A DNA stretch of 64,000 nt, taken from the IMG/VR virus record IMGVR_UViG_3300027969_000039, positions 186,001 through 250,000 of that record; one strand, given 5' to 3'. How positions within the stretch are numbered: position 1 is the first letter of the stretch; each line of letters opens with the position of its first letter. Under the pieces are notes generated by a model. That model made no database searches, had not been told where the DNA came from, and saw only the letters and a program-made list of their open reading frames with translations. Positions 39,891-48,981 of the stretch are shown piece after piece. The position numbers were made by a program, and so were the translations under genes.

Positions 39891-40699
39891 TCAGTTACAT
39901 TTAATGTTAATGTTTGTGTGTATTCATGTGAGCAATTTACACATTGTATTTTTTGTGGTTTAATATTTGAATCGGATCTTAGATTTACCATAGTAGTACG
40001 AATCTTTTCAAATGTACTTCTATCACATGAAGATAAGAATTCAATAATAAATTTAGGATCAGTTACTGTTTCTCCAGGAACACTTATAGATTCTATAGTC
40101 ATAGATATCAAGTTCATATTAAGTGTAGATAGTTTTTTCATTATCTCGCCGGATTTAGTATTTCGTAAATTATCATCTTGCATTTCTTGCAAAACTGAAA
40201 TTTCTCTTTGTGCTTCAAACTGTGCTAAGTTAAGTTTGTTACTATCATTATATGTAATTGGTTTAAATTTGATTATTAAATCACCAATTGGAAAAGTATT
40301 ACCATAATCAACATTTTTAATGCTTTGTAGTAAACCACCTAGATTAATAGCGTAGGATCCTTCATTTTCACATTCTGGACAATTTGATTTTATTTCTAAT
40401 TCATTTCCATTAGTTGCTGAACGAATAGCAATCAATATAGCGTCTATGTCTATATTTGGCATTTTCCATGGATCTTTGATTGCAGGAATACAGCTTTTTA
40501 TAATCTCAACGACCGCGCTACCGTTAAATAATGCGTCTGGAGTTTTACTAGTAATTTCATCAATAGCAGTCATGGGGTAAACAGGAAGTTCACCACTTTC
40601 AGGCATGTCGATGGATCCCTCAGGGTAATATTGCCCTTTACTAGGTAGTGTAAGATACAATGCAGGTCTGCGGAAATACTGTTTTAAGGGGTTGTTCAT
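39878..40699 (-). CDS. gp26: Baseplate hub assembly/tail chaperone, T4 gp26/gp51 family
   Basis: LYLTLPSKG...VYPMTAIDE...DIDAILIAIRSAT...CPEC...CVNC...DFF end; GGAG Shine-Dalgarno; divergent from the tape measure gene. Confidence 0.75.
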   Translation of the reverse strand: MNNPLKQYFRRPALYLTLPSKGQYYPEGSIDMPESGELPVYPMTAIDEITSKTPDALFNGSAVVEIIKSCIPAIKDPWKMPNIDIDAILIAIRSATNGNELEIKSNCPECENEGSYAINLGGLLQSIKNVDYGNTFPIGDLIIKFKPITYNDSNKLNLAQFEAQREISVLQEMQDDNLRNTKSGEIMKKLSTLNMNLISMTIESISVPGETVTDPKFIIEFLSSCDRSTFEKIRTTMVNLRSDSNIKPQKIQCVNCSHEYTQTLTLNVTDFFD

Positions 40700-40733
40700 T
40701 GATAATTCTCCAAAATATTGTATTTTTAAAACA

Positions 40734-40756
40734 CTAAATACAAGTAAACTATTTAT
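40734..40756. promoter_or_regulatory. Overlapping face-to-face late promoters for tape measure (+, CTAAATA 40734-40740) and chaperone (-, ATAAATA 40750-40756)
   Basis: Both motifs lie in the 85-bp gap between the divergent genes. Confidence 0.5.
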
Positions 40757-40784
40757 TGGTTACGGAATAACGGAAAAATAAAGT

Positions 40785-43700
40785 ATGATGAACGAACAAG
40801 AATTATTTGAGAGATTTGACAGAATCGCTGAAGCCTTGGAAAGAATGGCTACTGGTGTTGATCATTCCACTGAAACCATTGATTCTGAAACTACTGCTAG
40901 ACGAGAATTAACTCAAGAAGAAAAAGATGCTCAAGACGAATTAAACAAGAGAAGAAAGCTGGAAGAATCATATTGGAATCAACAGAGAAAAGAAAAACAA
41001 GAGATTGATGCTAGAGTCAGAAGGAATTTTGATGAGTTAGGCGCTAGTATAAAATATGTCCAAGAAGGCAATGCAATATTAGGAAAAATTGAAAGACAAA
41101 GAGTAACTGAAGATAACCTGCGTAAAAAAGCAGAAGAACAACTAAACAAAGCACTAGAAGAAAACGATAGTACTTATAAAAAATTAAGCGAGTCTGGTAA
41201 AGAAAGATATAAAGCTGAGTTAAGAAACGAAGCAGCAATGACCAAAGCATATGCTGCAATTGGTAGAACTATTGACCAGTATGGAAAAGTAACAAAAGAA
41301 ACTGATCATTTAACTTTAGCTCAACGTGCATATCTTGATATACTTAAGCAGATGGACGAAGTACAAAGACAAATGGCTGGAAATGTTTTAAAATTAGGAG
41401 CAGACTTAGGTAAATTAGCAATCAAAGGCACCTTTGATTTGTTTGTTGCAGGCATCAAAGGTGCATATGAAGGAACAATAGCATATCAAAATGCTATACT
41501 TGATGGTGCAGGGGCTAATGCCGCAGCCGCTGCACAAGTATCAGCCGAAATGAATGCACTAGCGGGTGCATTAGAATCTACTGGTTCTAGTATGGTTAGT
41601 TTAGGTGCAGAAGCTGCAAAGACTGCGGTACAGATGATTATATTAGGTGGACCAATAGGAGCATTAGTTGGCGTAATAATGTTACTAGTAGGTGCTGTAG
41701 TAGCATATGAAGGCTATGAGAAAGAAGCACAAGCTAAAAAAATGAAACGTGATGCTGAACTTCAAGCAAAGCAAGCAGCAATATATGATCAATTATATAA
41801 AGACTTTACTCAACTTTCATCAGCATCACTAACTAGTGCAGGTGGAATGACTACACTGTGGAAACAACTTGGACAAGTATCAATGTCTGTAAAAGACTTT
41901 GGTAAATTTAACAAAATTTTAGTAGAAGGCAGCGCAAGTTTAGCTACATTTGCTAGTTCTGCGGTAGAAGGTGTACAAAAATTCACAGATGTAGCTGGAT
42001 CAGTTATTAAATCTGGACTAGGAGATGTATTCCGTCAGATGGGTCTGACCAATGAGGAAATGGCAGCACATACATTAAAGTACATGGAACAACAGCGTTC
42101 ACTTGGAACGCTACAAAATAAATCTGCTACTGATTTAAAAATAGGTACTGCTAACTATATCCGAGAACTAGATAGAGTTGCAGCATTGACCGGGCAATCT
42201 AGAAAAGATCAAGAAAAAGGTAGAGATGCGATAAGAGCAATGGCACAAGTTAGTGCGGCTAAAAATATTGCAATGCAACGCGGGGATACTAAACAAGCTG
42301 GAAAATTAGGAGTTGTTGAAGAACTTGCTGGCGGTTTGAAAGCAACTATGCCGGAATTTGCAGCAGCTTTGGCAAAAAGAGTATCAGGTGCTGCTCTTGA
42401 TTCAGGTCAAGTAGCAATGATGAAAAACCAAGGGGAATTGTTAAGGTATATAGATAGTGGAGGAAAAGACCAAGTAAAAATGCAAATGCTGGTTGCTCAA
42501 GGGTTAGAAAAACAAGATAAAGGAAATGCATTTTTAGTTAGAACAGTAGGAGAAGTTGCTGGATATACGCAAGACAACTTTGCTGACAGACAAAAATTTG
42601 AACAGCAAATAGCAGGTTTAAGAAAAGCAGAAGCTGATGCGAAAAAAGCTGGAAAACCATTCGATGCTGCTGCGTTCTTAGACAAACAAAGAGAAGTTAC
42701 GGATCCATTTACAAAGGCTCAAGCAGACGCTGCTCAAAAAGCTAAAGAAACACAAATAGCATTTGAAAAAAATGTAATGGGATTATCAACGGAATTTCCA
42801 AACATTATGAAAGAAATGATTAAAAAATTACCAGAATCTTTATCAGGTCCAATAATGAAATTCTTTGAATATGTTGAACAGTTTGGCAGATATGTTTTGA
42901 AGTTTATTGGTGATCCATCAGACACTCTTAAAGAAACATTAACTGGAAAAGACAAATCTCAAAGAGATGCCGAGAATTTGATTGATAAACAAAAAGAATT
43001 AAAGTCAGTTGAAGAAAGAATAAAGAGTCTCAAAGAGTCAACTGAAAATCCAGAAAAAGCTAAAAAGCAAGCAGATGAGAAATTTAAGTTAGCTGAACAA
43101 GAACTTAAATTAAAAGAACAAGCTGTGACGGATTTGAATATTCAAATGAATAAAGAAAAAGATCCAAAGAAAAGAGAGTTACTAGCTATTCAAGGATCTG
43201 CAAAATATTTAGAAGAAAAAGAAGCAAAAGAAAAATACAGACTTGCAAAAAAATCAGTCGAAGATAACGAAACAGGATTTTTTAGTAAAAGTATAGAAAC
43301 AAAGAAGAAAGAATTAGCAGACTTAGAAAAAAGAAAATTAGGGTTAGCTAATGAAACAACAAAATTAGAACAACAAGTTAAATCAAATCCGGCATCAACA
43401 ACTGCTGCAGGGTTTGCTAAAACGTATGGTTCAAGCCCAGCTTATAGTATGGCAATGGCTGGCGGTAAAGGCGGAGGTGGTAGTGCAGGAGCTATGGGTG
43501 CAGGTGATCCTTCAGGAGGTGGCAGCGGACCAAAACCAGAATTAAAAAGCGTCACTAGTAAAAGTGGTCCATCAGCACAAGTCAATAAAAATGTTGCAGA
43601 CAATTTTCAAAATTTGATTAATCATCTTGACATGGCAGGTTATAAAATTAATGATATGGGCGGGTACAATAATCGAAAGATAGCTGGCACCGATGTTATG

Positions 43701-44210
43701 AGCGCACACGCCCAAGGTGCTGCGCTTGATATTAATGAAAAAACTAATCCAATGGGAAGTAAATTAATAACCGATATGCCTGAAAATATTGGAACAATAG
43801 CAGGTAATCTTGGATTAGGATGGGGTGGTAATTGGCAAAGTAAAAAAGATGCAATGCATTTTAGTGCTACTAGAAGTGAAGGTGGTACTCTTATGGCTAA
43901 AACCGGTGGAGTGTTTAATGGTCCTCCGGGAGGATATCCAGTAGAACTACATGGTAGAGAAGCGGTAGTTCCACTTCCAAACCCAGGAGACAAAATATCA
44001 ATTGACAAAGGGCAACAAGATGGTGGAGCAACAAAAAGTGCATTATCTTCTGTAGTAGCAGACAACAATACTACATCTTCAAAAGACAACAGTTCTGCTA
44101 TATTAATGGATTTATACTCAATGATGGAATCAAAATTTGATGACCTCATTGACAAAGTAAGCACAACCAATACTTACACTAACAAATTATTAAAGTATTC
44201 TCAGGTCTAA
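40785..44210 (+). CDS. Tape measure-like protein with C-terminal M15-family peptidoglycan peptidase domain
   Basis: Long helical Ala/Lys/Glu-rich body; hydrophobic segment IILGGPIGALVGVIMLLVGAVVAY; GGYNNR...SAHAQGAALDIN...WGGNW...DAMHF (M15 Zn ligands H, D, H); GG...GP...ELHGREAVVPL, a common tape-measure C-terminal motif. Confidence 0.8.
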   Translation: MMNEQELFERFDRIAEALERMATGVDHSTETIDSETTARRELTQEEKDAQDELNKRRKLEESYWNQQRKEKQEIDARVRRNFDELGASIKYVQEGNAILGKIERQRVTEDNLRKKAEEQLNKALEENDSTYKKLSESGKERYKAELRNEAAMTKAYAAIGRTIDQYGKVTKETDHLTLAQRAYLDILKQMDEVQRQMAGNVLKLGADLGKLAIKGTFDLFVAGIKGAYEGTIAYQNAILDGAGANAAAAAQVSAEMNALAGALESTGSSMVSLGAEAAKTAVQMIILGGPIGALVGVIMLLVGAVVAYEGYEKEAQAKKMKRDAELQAKQAAIYDQLYKDFTQLSSASLTSAGGMTTLWKQLGQVSMSVKDFGKFNKILVEGSASLATFASSAVEGVQKFTDVAGSVIKSGLGDVFRQMGLTNEEMAAHTLKYMEQQRSLGTLQNKSATDLKIGTANYIRELDRVAALTGQSRKDQEKGRDAIRAMAQVSAAKNIAMQRGDTKQAGKLGVVEELAGGLKATMPEFAAALAKRVSGAALDSGQVAMMKNQGELLRYIDSGGKDQVKMQMLVAQGLEKQDKGNAFLVRTVGEVAGYTQDNFADRQKFEQQIAGLRKAEADAKKAGKPFDAAAFLDKQREVTDPFTKAQADAAQKAKETQIAFEKNVMGLSTEFPNIMKEMIKKLPESLSGPIMKFFEYVEQFGRYVLKFIGDPSDTLKETLTGKDKSQRDAENLIDKQKELKSVEERIKSLKESTENPEKAKKQADEKFKLAEQELKLKEQAVTDLNIQMNKEKDPKKRELLAIQGSAKYLEEKEAKEKYRLAKKSVEDNETGFFSKSIETKKKELADLEKRKLGLANETTKLEQQVKSNPASTTAAGFAKTYGSSPAYSMAMAGGKGGGGSAGAMGAGDPSGGGSGPKPELKSVTSKSGPSAQVNKNVADNFQNLINHLDMAGYKINDMGGYNNRKIAGTDVMSAHAQGAALDINEKTNPMGSKLITDMPENIGTIAGNLGLGWGGNWQSKKDAMHFSATRSEGGTLMAKTGGVFNGPPGGYPVELHGREAVVPLPNPGDKISIDKGQQDGGATKSALSSVVADNNTTSSKDNSSAILMDLYSMMESKFDDLIDKVSTTNTYTNKLLKYSQV

Positions 44211-44231
44211 CGCTAAATACTAGATAATATT

Positions 44232-46019
44232 ATGACCTATAAAAAACGTTTTACGAATAAAAGTGGTATTTCCAGTCCAATAGGTGGAGGGAATAGTAAT
44301 TCCGGTGCATGGAATGGTAGCCCAGGACAAAATGGTTCTGAAACAGGTGGTTGGAATAACGCTGAAATGGGTTATAAAAACTACATGAGTAGACTTCCTG
44401 AAGTCTATACTGGTCACCCAAATCGTATTGAACGATATAATCAATATGAAATGATGGACGTTGATGCTGAAATTAACGCATGTTTAGATATCATTTCAGA
44501 ATTCAGTACACAGAAAAACGAACATAATGATACCCCATTTAATCTAGCATTTACTGAGGATCCAACTCCTCACGAAGTAGAATTGCTTAAGACACAATTA
44601 CAACAATGGTGTAAACTAAACGAATTTGGAACAAGAACATTCAAAATATTCCGTAATACTATAAAATATGGGGATCAAGTTTTTGTTCGTGATCCAGAAA
44701 ACTTCAAGCTATACTGGATTGATAATACAAAAGTTATTAAAGTTATTGTAAATGAAAGCGAAGGTAAGAAGCCTGAGCAGTATGTTATCAAAGATATAAA
44801 CATAAACTTACAAAATCTTACAGTTGCAACTAAAACAAATACAGACTTTGCTGCTAACCCAGCAACTGGTATGGGTGGTACAGGTGGTGGTGGAGCAGGT
44901 GGTGGATATACAGTACCAAGTATGCCGTATAATACAACTGGTAGTCGTTTTACATTAGGACAAAGTGAGTCGGCAATTGATTCTAAACATATTGTTCACT
45001 TGAGTTTGACTGAAGGACTAGATAAATTTTGGCCATTTGGACAAAGTATCTTAGAGAACATTTTCAAAGTCTATAAGCAAAAAGAATTATTAGAAGATGC
45101 GGTTCTTATCTATCGTGTACAACGTGCTCCGGAACGTAGAATGTTTAAGATTGATGTTGGCAATATGCCAAGTCACTTAGCTATGGCTTTTGTTGAGCGT
45201 ATTAAGAATGAGATTCATCAAAGACGTATCCCATCAGTTCATGGTGGTTCAGCAATTGTAGATGCTAGTTATAATCCTTTATCAATGAACGAAGATTACT
45301 TCTTCCCAGTCACAGCAGATGGCCGTGGTAGTAGTGTTGAAGTATTGCCCGGCGGACAAAATTTGGGTGAAATTGATGACTTAAAATATTTCAATAATCG
45401 TTTAGCACGTGGACTGCGTGTCCCAAGTAGTTACTTACCCACTGGGCCTGATGACAATACTACGCCATTAAGTGATGGCCGTGTTGGTACTGCCATGATT
45501 CAAGAATTCCGTTTCAATCAATATTGCGAACGACTACAGAAGTATATGAGTCATAAATTAGACGAAGAATTCAAGTTATTCTTGCGTTGGAGAGGCTTCA
45601 ATATCGATAGTGGATTGTTCACATTAGAATTCAATCCACCGCAAAACTTTGCTGCTTATCGTCAAAGCGAGTTAGATACAGCTAGAGTTGCTACATTCCA
45701 AGCTATGGAAGCGTTTCCTTATATGAGTAAACGTTTTGCATTAGAGAGATTCTTAGGATTGAGTGAAGAAGAAATCAATAAGAATGAGAAGATGTGGCGT
45801 GAAGAAAATGGTAAAGACGATGATGTTGAGCCAGAAAGTAGCGACCTTCGTAATATTGGTATTAGTGCAGGTGATATCGATGCTGACTTAGAGACTGCTG
45901 ATTCACTAGAGAATCAACCAGAAGAAGGCCAAGAAGCTGGTCCAGAAGTAGCAGGTGCAGTAACAGACGCCGGTAATACTCCTGGTGGAATGCCTGCTCC
46001 GTCCGGTAATGCAATGTAA
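44232..46019 (+). CDS. gp20: Portal vertex protein, T4 gp20-like
   Basis: LLEDAVLIYRVQRAPERRMFKIDVGNMP; EDYFFP...GRGSSVEVLPGGQNLGEIDDLKYF; preceded by CTAAATA at 44213-44219. Confidence 0.95.
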   Translation: MTYKKRFTNKSGISSPIGGGNSNSGAWNGSPGQNGSETGGWNNAEMGYKNYMSRLPEVYTGHPNRIERYNQYEMMDVDAEINACLDIISEFSTQKNEHNDTPFNLAFTEDPTPHEVELLKTQLQQWCKLNEFGTRTFKIFRNTIKYGDQVFVRDPENFKLYWIDNTKVIKVIVNESEGKKPEQYVIKDININLQNLTVATKTNTDFAANPATGMGGTGGGGAGGGYTVPSMPYNTTGSRFTLGQSESAIDSKHIVHLSLTEGLDKFWPFGQSILENIFKVYKQKELLEDAVLIYRVQRAPERRMFKIDVGNMPSHLAMAFVERIKNEIHQRRIPSVHGGSAIVDASYNPLSMNEDYFFPVTADGRGSSVEVLPGGQNLGEIDDLKYFNNRLARGLRVPSSYLPTGPDDNTTPLSDGRVGTAMIQEFRFNQYCERLQKYMSHKLDEEFKLFLRWRGFNIDSGLFTLEFNPPQNFAAYRQSELDTARVATFQAMEAFPYMSKRFALERFLGLSEEEINKNEKMWREENGKDDDVEPESSDLRNIGISAGDIDADLETADSLENQPEEGQEAGPEVAGAVTDAGNTPGGMPAPSGNAM

Positions 46020-46034
46020 GATAAATACTATTCT

Positions 46035-46262
46035 ATGAAACTTTTTGAAATGTTTAATCCAGCTGTAGAAGGTTATCAAGATACCAGCGCGGACAACAGT
46101 AAACCAAAGTGGAAAGAAAGTCGTAAAACAAAACTAACACTAAGACAGATACGTAAACTTAGAAAAATGTTAGATGTTAGAAATTTTGAAAAAGCAAAAT
46201 ATATCAAAAAAGTGCATGAGCAGTATGGCGCAAAGCCAGATGCTGAGACTCCTACAGTCTAA
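46035..46262 (+). CDS. Small basic head-associated protein, 75 aa
   Basis: Between portal and core genes; MKLFE N-terminus; SRKTKLTLRQIRKLRKM; ATAAATA at 46021-46027. Confidence 0.7.
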   Translation: MKLFEMFNPAVEGYQDTSADNSKPKWKESRKTKLTLRQIRKLRKMLDVRNFEKAKYIKKVHEQYGAKPDAETPTV

Positions 46263-46368
46263 ATCTCTATAGTTTCCCTAAAAACGTAAAAAATACGTGC
46301 TTATTGAGCATGTTTGGTGAATAGTCACTAAATAATTCTACAAAGCCATTACTTAGGAGAAACATACA

Positions 46369-47190
46369 ATGGATAACAAAAAATTTGAACAACTAATTGA
46401 TTTAATTATCAATGAAAATGAAGAACAAGCCCGTGCATTATTCCATGATATCGTAGTTGAAAAAAGCCGCGAAATCTATGAAGATATAATGAACGATGAA
46501 ATGGACGAAGGCATGGGTGGTCAAGTAGGTCAGATGATGGATGAAATCTCGGCTGAAGAAGAAGGCATGACCGAAGAAGAAGATGAAGAAATTGACTTTG
46601 ATGATGAAGGTGATGAAGATATCATTGATATTGAAGCCGATGACGATATGGAAGGTGAAGGCACCGAAGATCGTTTAGTAAGCATCGAAGATAAGTTAGA
46701 CCAATTGATGGCTGAATTTGAGCAAATCATGGGCAATGGTGATGACGAAATGGGCGATGATGAGTCTGATGCTGAATTTGACGATGGTGCAGAAGAAGCT
46801 GGTGCAGATTTAACTCACGACATGGAACAAGACCATGACGAAGAAGGCGCTATGATGGAAGCTATCACACTAAAGAAAGTTTCTGTAACTCATGGTGACA
46901 ATGGTCAAAACACAAAAAGCACAAGTTTACAAAACAGTGGACAAGCTGGAATGGACAGTCGTCCGGTAAAGTTCAGTGGCGCAAGTGAGACAGTTCCTAC
47001 AAGTCCTAAAGGACCTAGCAACTTTTACTCAAAAGGCGAGACACAAGTAAAAGACGCTAACAAGTGGAAAAATGCTCCAGCACAAAACAATGCTGATTTA
47101 GAAGCTGCACCAAAACCAAAAGCAGGTGATAATGGCTCTAATAGCAAGAGCGTTATTGAATCACGCAAGCCAGTAAAGCGTAAACTATAA
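46369..47190 (+). CDS. Highly acidic prohead core/internal protein
   Basis: Asp/Glu-rich; positioned between portal and protease like T4 gp67/gp68; AGGAG Shine-Dalgarno; CTAAATA at 46328-46334. Confidence 0.65.
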   Translation: MDNKKFEQLIDLIINENEEQARALFHDIVVEKSREIYEDIMNDEMDEGMGGQVGQMMDEISAEEEGMTEEEDEEIDFDDEGDEDIIDIEADDDMEGEGTEDRLVSIEDKLDQLMAEFEQIMGNGDDEMGDDESDAEFDDGAEEAGADLTHDMEQDHDEEGAMMEAITLKKVSVTHGDNGQNTKSTSLQNSGQAGMDSRPVKFSGASETVPTSPKGPSNFYSKGETQVKDANKWKNAPAQNNADLEAAPKPKAGDNGSNSKSVIESRKPVKRKL

Positions 47191-47206
47191 AAGGAATCTT
47201 GGAGCA

Positions 47207-47842
47207 ATGGCTTTGTATCTCAAGGAACACTTAACTTTTGACCGTGCCAGCATGGTGGTTGAAAGTGTAAGTGAAGGCGATAAGAAGAACCTTTACATGA
47301 AAGGTATCTTCATTCAGGGTGGGGTAAAAAACGCCAATGAGCGTGTTTACCCCGTTTCTGAAATCGAATCTGCTGTACAAACATTGAACGAACAGATTAC
47401 AGAAGGTCATTCTGTATTAGGTGAAGTAGATCACCCAGATGATTTAAAGATCAACTTAGACCGTGTATCACATATGATTACTACCATGTGGATGGACGGT
47501 GCTAACGGGTTCGGCAAGTTAAAGATTTTACCAACTCCAATGGGGCAATTAGTTGCTACTATGTTGGAGAGTGGGGTGAAACTCGGCGTTTCAAGTCGTG
47601 GTAGCGGTAACGTGGACGACATGAACGGCAAAGTAAGTGACTTTGAAATAGTCACAGTGGATATTGTTGCACAACCAAGCGCACCTAATGCGTATCCTAA
47701 AGCAATCTATGAAGGTATGATGAATATGCGTCATGGTCATAAATTGATGGATATTGCAAAAGATGCAAATGGCAACAAGAAAGTAGAGAAATACTTGAAG
47801 GAGGAAGTAATGCGCCTCATCAATGATCTCAAAATTAAATAA
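47207..47842 (+). CDS. gp21: Prohead protease, T4 gp21-like
   Basis: GIFIQG...NANERVYP; GEVDHP; VSHMI; TPMG; GVSSRGSG; VDIVAQPSAPNA. Confidence 0.95.
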   Translation: MALYLKEHLTFDRASMVVESVSEGDKKNLYMKGIFIQGGVKNANERVYPVSEIESAVQTLNEQITEGHSVLGEVDHPDDLKINLDRVSHMITTMWMDGANGFGKLKILPTPMGQLVATMLESGVKLGVSSRGSGNVDDMNGKVSDFEIVTVDIVAQPSAPNAYPKAIYEGMMNMRHGHKLMDIAKDANGNKKVEKYLKEEVMRLINDLKIK

Positions 47843-47854
47843 AGGGGAAACAGC

Positions 47855-48955
47855 ATGTTTGATGCTATCAAGCCATTACTTGAAAGTGGACTTATTAACG
47901 AAGATGTAGGCCAGGCTCTTAACGAAGCATGGGAATCTAAGTTACAAGAGGCACGTGAGCAAGTACGTGTTGAATTACGTGAAGAATTCGCACAACGTTA
48001 TGAACATGACAGAATCGTGATGGTTGAAGCCCTAGATAAAATGGTTACAGAAAGTTTATCAGAAGAAATTTCCGAATTTCAAGCTGAGAAACAAGCAATG
48101 AACGAAGACCGCGTACAAGCTAAACAACAACTGCGTGAAAGTGCAGTTAAATTCAATAATTTTATGGTTACTAAACTAGCCGAAGAAATTAAAGAATTGC
48201 GCTCTGAACGCAAACTACAATTAGAAAGTCAGCAAAAACTTGAGCAATTTATTGTTCATGCACTAGCCCGTGAAATTAAAGAATTCACACAAGACAAGCA
48301 AGCAGTTGTAGAAGCAAAGGTTAAGTTAGTTGCTGAAGGTCGTAAACAACTTGAAGTATTGAAGTCACGCTTTGTGACAGAATCTGCTAAGAGAATGAAC
48401 GAAGCTGTTACTAAACATCTTAAGGGTGAATTAGGTCAGTTGAGGGAAGATATCAAAATTGCTCGTGAGAACAATTTTGGACGTAGAATATTTGAAAGTT
48501 TTGCAAGCGAGTTCTCAGTCACTCATTTGAATGATAAAGCTGAAACACGTAAACTTATGAATGCTCTACAATTGAAAGACCAACAATTAGCCGAATCCAT
48601 GACAGTACTTAATCAATCTAAAAAATTGATTGAGACAAAAGAACGTGAAGTCCGTATGATCAAAGAGTCTAATCAACGTGAAAAAATGATGAGTGATTTA
48701 CTTGCTCCATTAAACGATGAGAAGGCAAAAGTAATGAAGGACTTACTAGAAAGTGTACAAACACCAAAGTTACAAAACACTTTCGACAAGTATCTACCAG
48801 CAGTTCTAAACAGTGGAACAGAGAAGAAAGCTAACAAGCCTATTCTGCGTGAAAGTGTTCAAGAGGTAACTGGTGATAAATCTGCCATTAAACAAGAAGT
48901 AGATATGGATCAACGTGATAACGTTATCGATATCAAACGCCTGGCAGGGCTTTAA
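47855..48955 (+). CDS. gp22: Prohead scaffold protein, gp22-like
   Basis: Glu-rich coiled coil between protease and major capsid; many L/I-x-E motifs. Confidence 0.8.
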   Translation: MFDAIKPLLESGLINEDVGQALNEAWESKLQEAREQVRVELREEFAQRYEHDRIVMVEALDKMVTESLSEEISEFQAEKQAMNEDRVQAKQQLRESAVKFNNFMVTKLAEEIKELRSERKLQLESQQKLEQFIVHALAREIKEFTQDKQAVVEAKVKLVAEGRKQLEVLKSRFVTESAKRMNEAVTKHLKGELGQLREDIKIARENNFGRRIFESFASEFSVTHLNDKAETRKLMNALQLKDQQLAESMTVLNQSKKLIETKEREVRMIKESNQREKMMSDLLAPLNDEKAKVMKDLLESVQTPKLQNTFDKYLPAVLNSGTEKKANKPILRESVQEVTGDKSAIKQEVDMDQRDNVIDIKRLAGL

Positions 48956-48981
48956 AATAGACATAATTTAGGAGATATAAA

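Noticed and set aside
39715-39963. 82-aa plus-strand ORF
   Set aside because: Antisense to the chaperone gene and its -1 extension, which is the more protein-like reading.
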